A DNA stretch of 64,000 nt, from NCBI GenBank assembly GCA_963822965.1, contig CAWGJT010000006.1:832001-896000 (forward strand), given 5' to 3'. Of this stretch, positions 40,778 to 50,460 are shown piece after piece. Both the position numbers and the translations under genes were made by a program. The stretch is from an uncultured delta proteobacterium (GTDB lineage: Bacteria > Myxococcota_A > UBA9160 > UBA4427). How positions within the stretch are numbered: position 1 is the stretch's first letter; each line of letters opens with the position of its first letter. The notes beneath the pieces are model-generated. The model had not been told where the DNA came from and ran no database searches. It saw only the letters and a list, made by a program, of their open reading frames with translations.

Positions 40778-43351
40778 ATGCGAGAGCTCTCGAGGTGGTG
40801 CGCCCGGGTCGCGGGTGCGGGGGTCTTCCTGCTCTGGGCCGGCCTCGCGTGGGCAGACACGGTCGTCATCCCAGCGGCGGCAGACAACACCCTCTTCGAG
40901 CCGATCCAGAAGGACGGCCTCGAGGATCGATCCAACGGGGCCGGTGACTTCATGTTCACCGGCCGCGTCAAGGATGCCCTGAACGAGGGCGGCCAGGTTG
41001 CGGTCCGGCGGGCCGTCATCGCCTTCGACATCGCCGGGAGTGGAATCCCCGCCGGCTCGACCATCGACAGTGTGAGCCTCTCGCTCACCTGCACGAAGGC
41101 CAAGTCCAACACCCCCTCCAACGTCAGCCTCCACGAGCTCTCGAGCGACTGGGGTGAGGGCGCCTCGGACACCGGCAACTCCCAGAAGGGGCGCGGCGAG
41201 ACCCCCGAGCCGGGGGACGCGACCTGGCAGCACACCTTCTACGACACGCAGTTCTGGACGACGGCCGGCGGCGACTACGTGGGCACCGCCAGCGCGACGA
41301 ACGGAGTGGGAGGGCTGGGCGTCTACACCTGGGGCTCGACCTCGGGCATGGTGGCCGACGTGCAGGCCTGGCTCGACAACCCCTCCCAGAACTTCGGGTG
41401 GATCGTGATCGGTGACGAGGGCCAGAACGAGACCGCGAAGCAGTTCGGCACCCGGGAGAACACGGACAGCGGCGGTGCCAACCAGCCCAAGCTGACCGTC
41501 AACTACACGCCGCTCGTCGTCTCCGGCGCCTGCTGCCAGCTCGAGTCCTGCACCATCGAGGCGGCCGCCGCCTGCGGGACCGCCGGCGGCAGCTACCAGG
41601 GCGACGGCAGCTCCTGCTCGCCGAACCCCTGCGTCGAGCCCTTCGGAGCCTGCTGCGCGAGCAACGGCACCTGCAGCGAGGATACCCTGGACGACTGCGA
41701 AGGAGGTGGGGGCGTCTTCCAGGGCGACGCCTCGACCTGCGGCGCGGTCGAGTGCCCGGTGCAGCTGACCCCCTACGTGGACGCGCTGCCGCTACCCGGC
41801 CCGGCCACCCCCGCGAGCGGATCACCCGGCGCGTCGGCGACCTACGACATCACCATGAAGGAGTTCCAGCAGCAGCTCCACTCCGAGCTGCCGCCCACCA
41901 CCGTCTGGGGCTACGACGACGGCACCGGAGCCTTCACGCCGGGTCCGGTGATCGAGGCCCGGACGGGCATGCCGGTGACGGTCAACTGGATCAACGACCT
42001 CCGCGACCTCGGCACCGGGCTGCTGCGCACCAACCACTACCTGCAGCAGAGCGCCGACGACCTCAGCTGCATCCACGGTGCCGAGGACGATGCGAAGACG
42101 GTCACGCACCTGCACGGCGGCCACGTTCCGGCGGCCGTCGACGGCTATCCCGAGTCCACCTTCCTGCCCGGCGCCCCGCCGGAGACCTACGTCTACCCGA
42201 ACAACCAGCGGGCGGCTCCGATCTGGTTCCACGATCACGCGCTGGGCATCACCCGCCTCAACGTCTACATGGGCCTGGCCGGCATGTACCTCATCCGCGA
42301 CGACGTGGAGGACGCGCTCGACCTGCCCGCGGGCGAGTACGAGATCCCCTTGATCCTGCAGGATCGGAAGTTCAATCCCGACGGATCGTACAAGTACCCG
42401 AGCACCTGGCAGGACATGTTCTTCGGCGACAAGGTGATGGTGAACGGCAAGGTCTGGCCCTTCCTGGACGTGAAGCAGGGCAAGTACCGCTTCCGCCTCC
42501 TGAACGGCTCGGGCTCGCGGGTCTACACCCTGTCGCTGACACCGCCCACGGGCACACTCACCTTCACGGTGATCGGCAACGAAGGGGGACTGATCGAGCA
42601 CCCGGCCAACGGCGTCGGCCAGCTGACCGTCGGCCCCGGCGAGCGTTACGACGTGGTCGTCGACTTCGCAGGCTACAGCGACGGTGACGAGATCCTGCTG
42701 GGGAACAGCGCTCCCGCGCCGTTCCCCAACGGCAGCGTCGACCTCACCCAGGTGATGAAGTTCGTCGTGGGCGCCGACGCGGGCCACACCGACCCCCTGC
42801 CGAGCTCGCTCCGCACCATCGAGCGCCTCCAGGAGGGCGATGCGGTCACGACCCGGGACCTGGAGCTCAAGAAGTCGGGTCTCGACGCCTGCGGACGCTC
42901 GGTCTGGGAGATCAACGGCCTCGGCTGGGACGACATCACGGAGGAGCCGGTGCTCGGGACCACCGAGATCTGGCGCTTCATCAACGACTCGGGCGTCTCG
43001 CACCCGATGCACATGCACCTGGTGTTCTTCCAGATCCTCGACCGCGACGGGTTCACGCGGGGAACGGGCGGCGAGATCGTCCCGGACGGGAGTCCGCAGG
43101 CGCCGCCCCTCGAGGAGAGCGGCTGGAAGGACACCGCCATGGTCGGCCCCAACGAGATCCTGCGCGTCATCGCGCGCTTCGACGACTACACGGGACTCTA
43201 CGCCTACCACTGCCACATCCTCGAGCACGAGGATCACGAGATGATGCGGCAGTTCCGAGTCGTGCCCGAGCCGTCCTTCCTCCTCGGCCTCGGCGCCGGC
43301 GTGCTGCTGCTGGTCCATCTCGCGAGGAGGCGCGCCAGGGCGAGCGCTTGA
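40778..43351 (+). CDS. Surface multicopper oxidase (CotA/bilirubin oxidase-like) with N-terminal DNRLRE domain, Cys-rich repeats and PEP-CTERM
   Basis: Copper motifs HLHG, WFHDH, HPMHMH and YHCHILEHEDHEMM; GACC repeats; VPEP-TM-RRR. GGGAGG RBS with ATG 40778. Confidence 0.92.
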   Translation: MRELSRWCARVAGAGVFLLWAGLAWADTVVIPAAADNTLFEPIQKDGLEDRSNGAGDFMFTGRVKDALNEGGQVAVRRAVIAFDIAGSGIPAGSTIDSVSLSLTCTKAKSNTPSNVSLHELSSDWGEGASDTGNSQKGRGETPEPGDATWQHTFYDTQFWTTAGGDYVGTASATNGVGGLGVYTWGSTSGMVADVQAWLDNPSQNFGWIVIGDEGQNETAKQFGTRENTDSGGANQPKLTVNYTPLVVSGACCQLESCTIEAAAACGTAGGSYQGDGSSCSPNPCVEPFGACCASNGTCSEDTLDDCEGGGGVFQGDASTCGAVECPVQLTPYVDALPLPGPATPASGSPGASATYDITMKEFQQQLHSELPPTTVWGYDDGTGAFTPGPVIEARTGMPVTVNWINDLRDLGTGLLRTNHYLQQSADDLSCIHGAEDDAKTVTHLHGGHVPAAVDGYPESTFLPGAPPETYVYPNNQRAAPIWFHDHALGITRLNVYMGLAGMYLIRDDVEDALDLPAGEYEIPLILQDRKFNPDGSYKYPSTWQDMFFGDKVMVNGKVWPFLDVKQGKYRFRLLNGSGSRVYTLSLTPPTGTLTFTVIGNEGGLIEHPANGVGQLTVGPGERYDVVVDFAGYSDGDEILLGNSAPAPFPNGSVDLTQVMKFVVGADAGHTDPLPSSLRTIERLQEGDAVTTRDLELKKSGLDACGRSVWEINGLGWDDITEEPVLGTTEIWRFINDSGVSHPMHMHLVFFQILDRDGFTRGTGGEIVPDGSPQAPPLEESGWKDTAMVGPNEILRVIARFDDYTGLYAYHCHILEHEDHEMMRQFRVVPEPSFLLGLGAGVLLLVHLARRRARASA

Positions 43352-43537
43352 CGCGCCGAGAGCGCACGGCGCGCGCGGATGTCGGTGGCTGAGCTCCCGT
43401 TCCGCAGGTCGCTTCGGCGACCGGCGTAGCGAATCACGGCGCCTTCCGGGCGACCGTGAGTCAGCGCTGCTTCGAACGTCGGTACGCGCGTCGGACCTGC
43501 GCGCGGCTCACGAGGAGGATGCCGATCCCCGCGACGA

Positions 43538-44461
43538 TCAGCTGGGCCGTCGAGGGCTCCTTGCCCGTTCGACGTGCCATGCTCCCGCTCCCGCGGCGCC
43601 CAGCAGCAGCGCGAGTAGGACGTAGAAGCCAACACCGCCGACGGGGACCGCAGGCGTTGCGCAGTTCGGACCACCGTAGCCGGCAACGCAGCCGGAATCG
43701 CACGTGCCGTCCGCCTGTGCGCAGGTCCCCGCTCCGGCACAGTTCGCGCTGCACGTGTACTCGCAGAAGTCGCCGTATAGGCCCGGGTCGCAGCCGTTGC
43801 ACACGGCGGTCGACTGGTCACACCCGCCGGTGTCGCTGCAGTTTGCGTCGCAGGACGTGTCGCACTGGTCGCCCGTCAGCCCGAGGTCACAGGCGAAGCA
43901 GTTGCAGGTGGATTGCGCGCATCCTGAGCTGTCGCATCCGCCGGAACAGATCGCCTCACAGTTGGCAGAGCAGCGAGCTGGGACCCTCACGGGGCAACCC
44001 GTGCAGGTTCCCGTGCCGCTCAGGCCATCGTCGCACACGCCCGGGAAAAGGCACGTGCAACTGGCACAGTCTGGCCCATACCGGCCTGCTTCGCATTCAT
44101 AGACGAACGGGACCGCGTTTGACCAACTAGCCGTGGCATCCGCGGTCACTTCCAGCGTGTATGCACCGAAGTTGGCCGGGGCCGGTGTTATCAGTTCGCA
44201 GCTCATCAGCGTGGCGGACAGCGCGCCGGCGCTGGTAGTCGTCTGCACCAGGGCAGGGGATGTCCAGCGGCAGGCGTAGCCGGCACCCGCCGTCGAGTCC
44301 ACCGTCACGTCCACGGTTGTGCCAGCGGCGTAACTGTTGGCCTCGATGGAGCTGTACGACAAGCTCTGGATCGTGGGCGTGGGTTCCGCTTCTGCGCGCG
44401 GAACGTACCCCAACAACATGGAAACGACGCAGAGCGTGAGCGCGGATCCCTTCAAGCCCAT
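43538..44461 (-). CDS. Secreted EGF/laminin-like Cys-rich repeat protein with IPTL-CTERM-like tail
   Basis: Signal peptide, Ig/IPT-like region, repeats C..G.YG..C, C-terminal AVPVGG-TM-basic. Confidence 0.78.
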   Translation of the reverse strand: MGLKGSALTLCVVSMLLGYVPRAEAEPTPTIQSLSYSSIEANSYAAGTTVDVTVDSTAGAGYACRWTSPALVQTTTSAGALSATLMSCELITPAPANFGAYTLEVTADATASWSNAVPFVYECEAGRYGPDCASCTCLFPGVCDDGLSGTGTCTGCPVRVPARCSANCEAICSGGCDSSGCAQSTCNCFACDLGLTGDQCDTSCDANCSDTGGCDQSTAVCNGCDPGLYGDFCEYTCSANCAGAGTCAQADGTCDSGCVAGYGGPNCATPAVPVGGVGFYVLLALLLGAAGAGAWHVERARSPRRPS

Positions 44462-44579
44462 TTTCCACACCTCCGTCGGGGCCGACCGACCGTTGGTCCT
44501 CGACGAGTCTCGCATCCTGGCAGCCCCGGGGTCAAGCCGGCGCGCGTGCTCGGAATCGTGACGATTGGATGTTGCAAGC

Positions 44580-44822
44580 GAGTGTCGCCGTCCCGGGGCT
44601 CCGGACGGCCCGCAGCGTGGCTTTCCGCAGCTAGGCCCGCGGCTCGGCGCCGCAAAGCTTTGCCGATTCGATCAGCGAGAAGAAGAGCGCCGCCACGCCG
44701 GTCCCCCGCTCCGACCGGCTCCCGTAGTGGTTCTTACGGCCCACAGCGACGCCGCGAAGTGCTCGCTCGACGGAGTTGGTGTCCAGCGCGATCTTCGGGT
44801 CCGCGAGGAAGCGCGCCGCCTG
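44580..44822 (-). mobile_element. IS66 transposase (TnpC) C-terminal remnant
   Basis: LDTNSVERALRGVAVGRKNHYGSRSERG..VAALFFSLIESAKL.G.EP.A, with an in-frame stop. Confidence 0.85.
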
Positions 44823-44994
44823 AATCAAGAGCCGATCCCCAACTCTTGCCAATGGCTCCTCGCCGAGAGGTGTCGGTGTCTCAGCGACGTTGGCAGAGAG
44901 GGAACCGACATTCCCTTCGACGCCTGCGGCGTCTCATGCTCGCTGCTCGCTCGCAGCTCCCCCTTCCGTTCGCAATGCGCTCGAGCGCAAGGGT

Positions 44995-45037
44995 CCGAGC
45001 GGAATCGGACCGCGAGCTCACGTTGGCAAGGAGATGC
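44995..45037 (-). repeat. Degenerate third copy of the tRNA-Gly 3' half (internal att remnant)
   Basis: CTCACGTTGGCAA at 45017-45029 is identical to 48271-48283; GGAATCGGACCGCGA resembles GGATTCGAACCGGCGA; GATGC follows as in the tRNA. Confidence 0.65.
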
Positions 45038-45298
45038 CGGAGTTGATTTCATTGAGGAATTTCAACGAAGCGGTCATACCGGGTCGTTTCGATCAATCGT
45101 GGGGGAAGTGGAGCCCCATCCTCTCGAGAAACGGAGCCTCCAGCAATCCCCGCGAGGTTCACCGGCTCGAGAGGGATGGGCTGGGGCTTGGAACGCCACG
45201 GGGAGGGGTTTTCGCTGGCCTCCGAGGCTTCAATCTCTACAGTCTTTTTCACAGAGCTGATCGGGAGCCAGGGCGAAACCGATGGGCGCGAGGGAGCC

Positions 45299-46651
45299 AT
45301 GAGCCAAGCAAAGATCACGCTGGTGGGAGCAGGCGGGTTGTCGTTCGGGCCCACCATGGTGAATGACGTCATCCACACTCCCGGGCTCGTTGGTAGCCGC
45401 TTGGTGCTCCACGATGTCGACGAGCAGCGACTCCTGCGCGCCTACAAATTCGCCGCCAAGCTCAATGCGGCGAACGGGTCGCCGGTGGTTCTCGAGCAAG
45501 TCACCGATCCGGCCGCTGCCTTCGATGGGGCCGACTTCTGCATCTCCAGTGCCGAGTTTGGCCGCTTCCCCTATTGGCGACAGGATTACGAGATCCCGCG
45601 CCGGTACGGCGCGACGCAGGTCAACGGCGAGAACGGCGGACCGGGGGCGGTATTTCATTCGCTGCGCAGCATCAAGAACACGCTGAGCATCTGCGCCAGC
45701 ATCGAAAAGCACTGCCCCGACGCCTTCTTGGTGAACCTCTCGAACCCGATGAGCCGCGTCACACTCGCGATCAACGAGGGAACAGCCGTGCGCAACGTCG
45801 GCATGTGTCACGAAATGCCGATAGGGATCGTGCGAATCGCCCGGCTGCTGCGCATGCGCCCATCGCGCATCGCGGCGAAGGCGTCGGGCATCAATCACTT
45901 CACCTTCTTCACCGAGATGGTGGACAAGCACACCGGCGAAGACCTCCTGCCCGCGGTGCGGGCGCTGTTCGCGAGGAAGATCTTCGACTTTGGCCCGACG
46001 CTCACGCGCCTCGCCGCTGCGACCGAGTCCCGTCCCGTACTCGCCATGCTCTCCGACCAGCTATTCTCCCCCCTCGTCGTCCACATGGTGCGCACCTACG
46101 GTGTGGTTCCCTGCTCGGTCGACAGCCACATCGGGGAGTACCTGCCATTCGCGCACGAGATCGGCGGCCACCACCCCGCACACGTCGACCAGTTCGCGCG
46201 GATCGACAAGGTGATCGAGCGGCTCACCACGTGGGTCGCCGAGACCCGACTTCCGGTGCCCGTGCACCGGATGGGCCACAGCCTCGAGGAAGTCGTGCCG
46301 ATCATTGCTGCACTCTGGACGGGGGTGCCCGAGCGGGTCGTGGCAGTGAACGTCCTCAACCGCGGGTTCCTGCCCAACGTGGCCGAGGGCGCGATCGTCG
46401 AGGTGGGCGCGCAGGTGGACGCCGACGGCATCCACCCCGACGTCATGCCGCCGGTCGCGGAGCCGATCGCCGGGCACATCGCCACGCAGGTCGCGCTCCA
46501 GGACCTGATCGTGCGCTCGGCGCTGACCGCTGACCGCAATCTCGCATTGCGGGCCGTGATAGAGGATCCGGCGTCACCGTCCGACGAGGCGGCGTGCCGG
46601 GCGATGTTCGACGAGCTGGTCCGTCTCCAGGCCAGCGAGCTGCCTTTCTGA
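45299..46651 (+). CDS. Glycoside hydrolase family 4 (NAD-dependent, alpha-galactosidase-like)
   Basis: KITLVGAGG, GENGGPG, SNPM, GMCHE, GINHF, N.GFLPN....IVEV. Confidence 0.9.
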   Translation: MSQAKITLVGAGGLSFGPTMVNDVIHTPGLVGSRLVLHDVDEQRLLRAYKFAAKLNAANGSPVVLEQVTDPAAAFDGADFCISSAEFGRFPYWRQDYEIPRRYGATQVNGENGGPGAVFHSLRSIKNTLSICASIEKHCPDAFLVNLSNPMSRVTLAINEGTAVRNVGMCHEMPIGIVRIARLLRMRPSRIAAKASGINHFTFFTEMVDKHTGEDLLPAVRALFARKIFDFGPTLTRLAAATESRPVLAMLSDQLFSPLVVHMVRTYGVVPCSVDSHIGEYLPFAHEIGGHHPAHVDQFARIDKVIERLTTWVAETRLPVPVHRMGHSLEEVVPIIAALWTGVPERVVAVNVLNRGFLPNVAEGAIVEVGAQVDADGIHPDVMPPVAEPIAGHIATQVALQDLIVRSALTADRNLALRAVIEDPASPSDEAACRAMFDELVRLQASELPF

Positions 46652-46899
46652 CGGCACCGGGACTCGCCTCCAGCTGAACGGCTCGGGGAAGTGTCGGTGC
46701 CGAACCGAAGTCCCGATCCCCGCGAGCCTGGCGTTGCGCGCGAGCGTCGTGCTTGTCGATTGTCGGGCCGACAAGGAGGGCGGCCGCCCCGAACACAACA
46801 GCCCCTCCAGGCAAGAACCCCTGGCGAGGCCGCATTCGCGATGGAGCACCGATAGTGGGGGAAGCTGAAATTGATCGAAATTAGTCGAGTTATCGATAG

Positions 46900-46927
46900 T
46901 TGATAAGATCGCTAACCTAAGTATAAT
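46900..46927 (+). promoter_or_regulatory. Sigma70-like promoter, probably leaderless
   Basis: TTGATA-16 nt-TATAAT; GTG start 7 nt downstream; no Shine-Dalgarno. Confidence 0.65.
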
Positions 46928-46933
46928 TGGGCT

Positions 46934-48124
46934 GTGGACCCGATCAGGAATCCGTATTCCCCAGGGGCAGGTGCGCCGCCGCCGGAACTCGCGGGTCGCG
47001 ACGAGTTGCGCGAACAGGTGCGAATTGCCCTGGAACGTGTTCGCGCAGGCCGATCCACGAAGAGCGTCCTGATGATCGGTTTGCGCGGTGTCGGAAAAAC
47101 CGTCCTGCTGGATCGCATTCGCGACGATGCAGAGGCTGCGGGGATCCAGACTCTGCGGGTGGAGGCCCCCGAGAATCGCTCGCTTCCGGCCATCCTCGCG
47201 CCCGAGCTCCGCCAGGCGCTCCTCAGGCTTTCGCAGAACGAAAAAGCTCGCGAACTCGCTCGCAGGGCACTTCGCGGCCTCGCGGGATTCGTCGGCGCCC
47301 TGAAGGTCAGGTACGACGACATCGAAGTGGGTCTCGACCTGTCGCCCGAACCCGGCTTGGCCGACAACGGCGACCTGGAGCGAGACCTACAAGCGCTTCT
47401 AGAGGTCGTGGGAGAGGCGGCCGCCCAGATGAACACCGCGCTCGCGATGTTCATCGACGAGATGCAGTACGTCGAGGAACCTCAACTGGCTGCGTTGATC
47501 TCGTCCCTGCACCGAATCGCACAACGCCAACTTCCGGTTGTACTTGTCGGTGCAGGGCTCCCGCAGCTCCCGGGGCGCATGGGAAGCGCCAAGTCCTATG
47601 CTGAGCGCCTGTTCGACTTCCCGATGATCGGTCCGCTCTCGAACGAAGATGCGGCTACCGCTCTCGTCAATCCCGCTCGCGACGAGGGCGTCGAGTTCGA
47701 CGACGACGCGTTATCGAAGATCATCGAGGCAACCAAAGGCTATCCCTACTTCTTGCAGGAATGGGGAAAGCACTGCTGGGCTGCGGCGGACACTTCTCCG
47801 ATCACATTGGAAGATGTCGAGACCGCCTCCGACGCCGCAGTGGCGGCCCTGGATGAGAGCTTCTTCAGAGTGCGATTCGATCGCCTTACCCCGTCGGAGA
47901 AGAAATACCTCCGAGGCATGGCTCATCTTGGCCCGGGACCACATCGATCGGGTGACATCGCACACGAGCTTGGTCGGGAGGTGCAGTCGGTTGCACCCAT
48001 TCGCAGCAAGCTGATTGTCAAGGGGATGGTCTGGAGTCCAAGCCACGGAGACACGGACTTCACTGCTCCCCTCTTCGACGAGTTCATGCGTCGCATCATG
48101 CCTGGAGAGGACTGGCGGGAGTAG
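46934..48124 (+). CDS. AAA_16 / archaeal-type P-loop ATPase with C-terminal winged helix
   Basis: NPYSPGAG.PPPELAGR, Walker A GLRGVGKT, Walker B FIDEMQ, GYPYFLQEWG, R.KLI.KG. Confidence 0.9.
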   Translation: MDPIRNPYSPGAGAPPPELAGRDELREQVRIALERVRAGRSTKSVLMIGLRGVGKTVLLDRIRDDAEAAGIQTLRVEAPENRSLPAILAPELRQALLRLSQNEKARELARRALRGLAGFVGALKVRYDDIEVGLDLSPEPGLADNGDLERDLQALLEVVGEAAAQMNTALAMFIDEMQYVEEPQLAALISSLHRIAQRQLPVVLVGAGLPQLPGRMGSAKSYAERLFDFPMIGPLSNEDAATALVNPARDEGVEFDDDALSKIIEATKGYPYFLQEWGKHCWAAADTSPITLEDVETASDAAVAALDESFFRVRFDRLTPSEKKYLRGMAHLGPGPHRSGDIAHELGREVQSVAPIRSKLIVKGMVWSPSHGDTDFTAPLFDEFMRRIMPGEDWRE

Positions 48125-48198
48125 GCAAGGAGTCAGAGAGGGGGACTGGCTTCCCGCCCGAAGCACCCAACCTTCTACGGTCGCGTCAGCACGAGACA

Positions 48199-48228
48199 GC
48201 CCCGCCGAGCAGAAGCGCTTGGCGGGGC
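48199..48228 (-). terminator. Hairpin downstream of tRNA-Gly, also facing the ATPase 3' end
   Basis: GCCCCGCCGAGC-agaagc-GCTTGGCGGGGC. Confidence 0.6.
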
Positions 48229-48238
48229 CGTTGTTCCC

Positions 48239-48314
48239 TGGAGCACGAGACCGGATTCGAACCGGCGACCCTCACGTTGGCAACGTGATGCTCTACCAGC
48301 TGAGCTACTCGTGC
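48239..48314 (-). tRNA. tRNA-Gly (anticodon GCC)
   Basis: 76-nt cloverleaf GCACGAG...TAGCTCAGCTGGTAGAGC...TCACG-TTGCCAA-CGTGA...GGTTCGAATCC...CTCGTGCTCCA. Confidence 0.97.
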
Positions 48315-48426
48315 TTGAAAGGCTGGCGGACGGCAGGTTGTACGGGACCCCGGGGATGGCGTCAAGGGCCCTCCCGGGGGGCCGGGGCCGGTCGCAGCGG
48401 CAGGTCCAGACGGTCGACCCGGGCCG

Positions 48427-49740
48427 CTACAGCTTCGTGATCTTCTCCCGGTCCGCGACGACGCCGGCGGTGGCGTTCCGGGTGTCGAAGACACGACCGG
48501 CCTTCTCGACCACCCGCGCGTAGTCCACGACGCTGTGGTCCGTGAGGATCACCACCAGGTCGGCGGCGGCCACGGTCTCGTCCGAGAGATCCGTGTTCTT
48601 GTAGACGGCTCCCTCGACGGTGCACTCGCGCACGTGCGGGTCGTGGTAGGTGATGGCGGCGCCGCGGCCGGCCAGCAGCTTGATGACGTCCAGCGCCGGC
48701 GACTCGCGCATGTCCCCCACGTCCTTCTTGTAGGCGACGCCCAGGATCAGGACGTTCGAGCCGTTCACCGCCAGGCGGTCCTCGTTCAGCAGCTCGGCCA
48801 CGCGGTCGGCCACGTACTCGGGCATGCGGCCGTTGATGTCGGTGGCCAGGTCGATGAAGCGGGCGGGGAAGTTGAGCGACTTCATCTTCCACGACAGGTA
48901 GCTGGGGTCCACCGGGATGCAGTGGCCGCCGAGCCCCGGGCCCGGCAGGAACTTCATGAAGCCGTAGGGCTTGGTGGCCGCGGCCTCGATCACCTCCCAC
49001 ACGTCGAGCCCGAGGCGGCGGCACATGAGGGCCACCTCGTTGGCGAGGCCGATGTTGATGGCCCGGAAGGTGTTCTCCAGCAGCTTCACCATCTCGGCGC
49101 TCTGGCTGGACGAGACGGGCACCACCCGATCGAAGATGGTCTGGAAGACCTCCACGGCGAGCCGGGTGCACAGCGGCGTCTCGCCGCCCACCACCTTGGG
49201 CACCTCACGCACGGCGAACTTCTTGTTGGCCGGGTCGATGCGCTCGGGCGAGAACGCCAGCGAGAAGTCCACGCCCACCTGCAGCCCCGACTCCTCGAGC
49301 ATGGGCACGAAGAGCTCGTGGGTGGTGCCGGGATAGGTGGTGGAGCCCAGCACGATGAGCTGGCCGCTGCGCAGCCGGCGGCGGATGTCCTCCACGGCCT
49401 TGGCCATGTGCGAGACGTCGGGGTCCTTCGTGCGCGTCAGCGGCGTCGGCACGCAGATGTTGATCACGTCGAGGCGGGTGAGCTGTCCCAGGTCGCTGGA
49501 GGCCCGGAAGCGGCCGGCGTCGCGCTGCTCCACCACCGCCGCCGAGGGCACGTCTTCGATGTACGAGACGCCCGCCTCGAGGGAGCGCACCTTCTCGTCG
49601 TCGATGTCGAGACCCGTCACCGTGAAGCCGGCCCGGGCGAACTCGATGGCCAGGGGAAGCCCCACGTAGCCGAGGCCGATCACGCCGATCCGGGCCTCCC
49701 GGGACTGGATGCGATCGTGGAGCTCTTCGAGGCGGCTCAT
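48427..49740 (-). CDS. UDP-N-acetylhexosamine / nucleotide-sugar 6-dehydrogenase (WbpA/WecC-like)
   Basis: GLGYVG, CVPTP, FSPER.DP, KLLENTFR.INI, GGHCIPVDP, GVAYK...D.RESP. Confidence 0.93.
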   Translation of the reverse strand: MSRLEELHDRIQSREARIGVIGLGYVGLPLAIEFARAGFTVTGLDIDDEKVRSLEAGVSYIEDVPSAAVVEQRDAGRFRASSDLGQLTRLDVINICVPTPLTRTKDPDVSHMAKAVEDIRRRLRSGQLIVLGSTTYPGTTHELFVPMLEESGLQVGVDFSLAFSPERIDPANKKFAVREVPKVVGGETPLCTRLAVEVFQTIFDRVVPVSSSQSAEMVKLLENTFRAINIGLANEVALMCRRLGLDVWEVIEAAATKPYGFMKFLPGPGLGGHCIPVDPSYLSWKMKSLNFPARFIDLATDINGRMPEYVADRVAELLNEDRLAVNGSNVLILGVAYKKDVGDMRESPALDVIKLLAGRGAAITYHDPHVRECTVEGAVYKNTDLSDETVAAADLVVILTDHSVVDYARVVEKAGRVFDTRNATAGVVADREKITKL

Positions 49741-49794
49741 GGGAGTCTCCGCTGGCAGATCGTCCGGAGGGGGACGCTGGCGTCTGGCTCTGGT

Positions 49795-50460
49795 TCAGGC
49801 GGCGTCGCGGTCGCTTGCCGCCTCCGGGGAGAAGCCGTTCCCCGGCTGGCCGAAGTAGTCGGCGAAGTACACGTAGCCCGACCACAGGGTGAGTGCCGCG
49901 GCCAGGGCCAGAAGTGTCAGGCCGATTTCGTGGGCCGGCAGGCCCAGGGTCTCGTGGTGGAAGAGGAGACACGCCACGGCCACGTTCTGGGTCACCGCCT
50001 TCAGCTTGCCCTTCCAGGTCGCCGCCACCACGTGGCCCTGGGTCGAGGCGATGCCCCGCAGGCCCGTGACGGCCAGCTCCCGGCCGATGATGACCACCAC
50101 CATGATGCCCGCCGCCAGCCCGTGGAGGCGCCCGACGGCCATCAGCATCACCAGCGCGGTGGTGACCAGCAGCTTGTCGGCAAGCGGATCGAGCAGCTTG
50201 CCGATGCGGGTCACTTCTCCGCCCCGGCGCGCCAGGTAGCCGTCCAGCAGGTCCGAGCTGGCGGCCACGATGAAGCACCAGGCCATCACGATGCTGCCCA
50301 CCTTCGAGAGCGTGAACGGGATGAAGAACAGCACCGGCACCACCCCGATGCGCAGCATCGTGATCGTGTTCGGCAGGTTCCAGAACCGCTCTCGCGGGAA
50401 GGGCAAAGGAGATGCTCCGGCGCGGACCCCGGGATCCGCGAGGGTGCCCGCTTCGCTCAC
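49795..50460 (-). CDS. pgsA: CDP-diacylglycerol--glycerol-3-phosphate 3-phosphatidyltransferase
   Basis: NLPN.IT..R, DLLDGYLARR...GKLLDPLADK, GRELAVTGLR, GKLK. Confidence 0.93.
   Translation of the reverse strand: MSEAGTLADPGVRAGASPLPFPRERFWNLPNTITMLRIGVVPVLFFIPFTLSKVGSIVMAWCFIVAASSDLLDGYLARRGGEVTRIGKLLDPLADKLLVTTALVMLMAVGRLHGLAAGIMVVVIIGRELAVTGLRGIASTQGHVVAATWKGKLKAVTQNVAVACLLFHHETLGLPAHEIGLTLLALAAALTLWSGYVYFADYFGQPGNGFSPEAASDRDAA

Noticed and set aside
44886..44896. GACGTTGGCA as another tRNA-Gly att fragment
   Set aside because: Only 10 bp, with no flanking T-arm similarity.
46884..46895. 12-bp inverted match (GTCGAGTTATCG) to the dif-like site at 32655-32666
   Set aside because: No XerD-like arm beside it; short enough to be chance.
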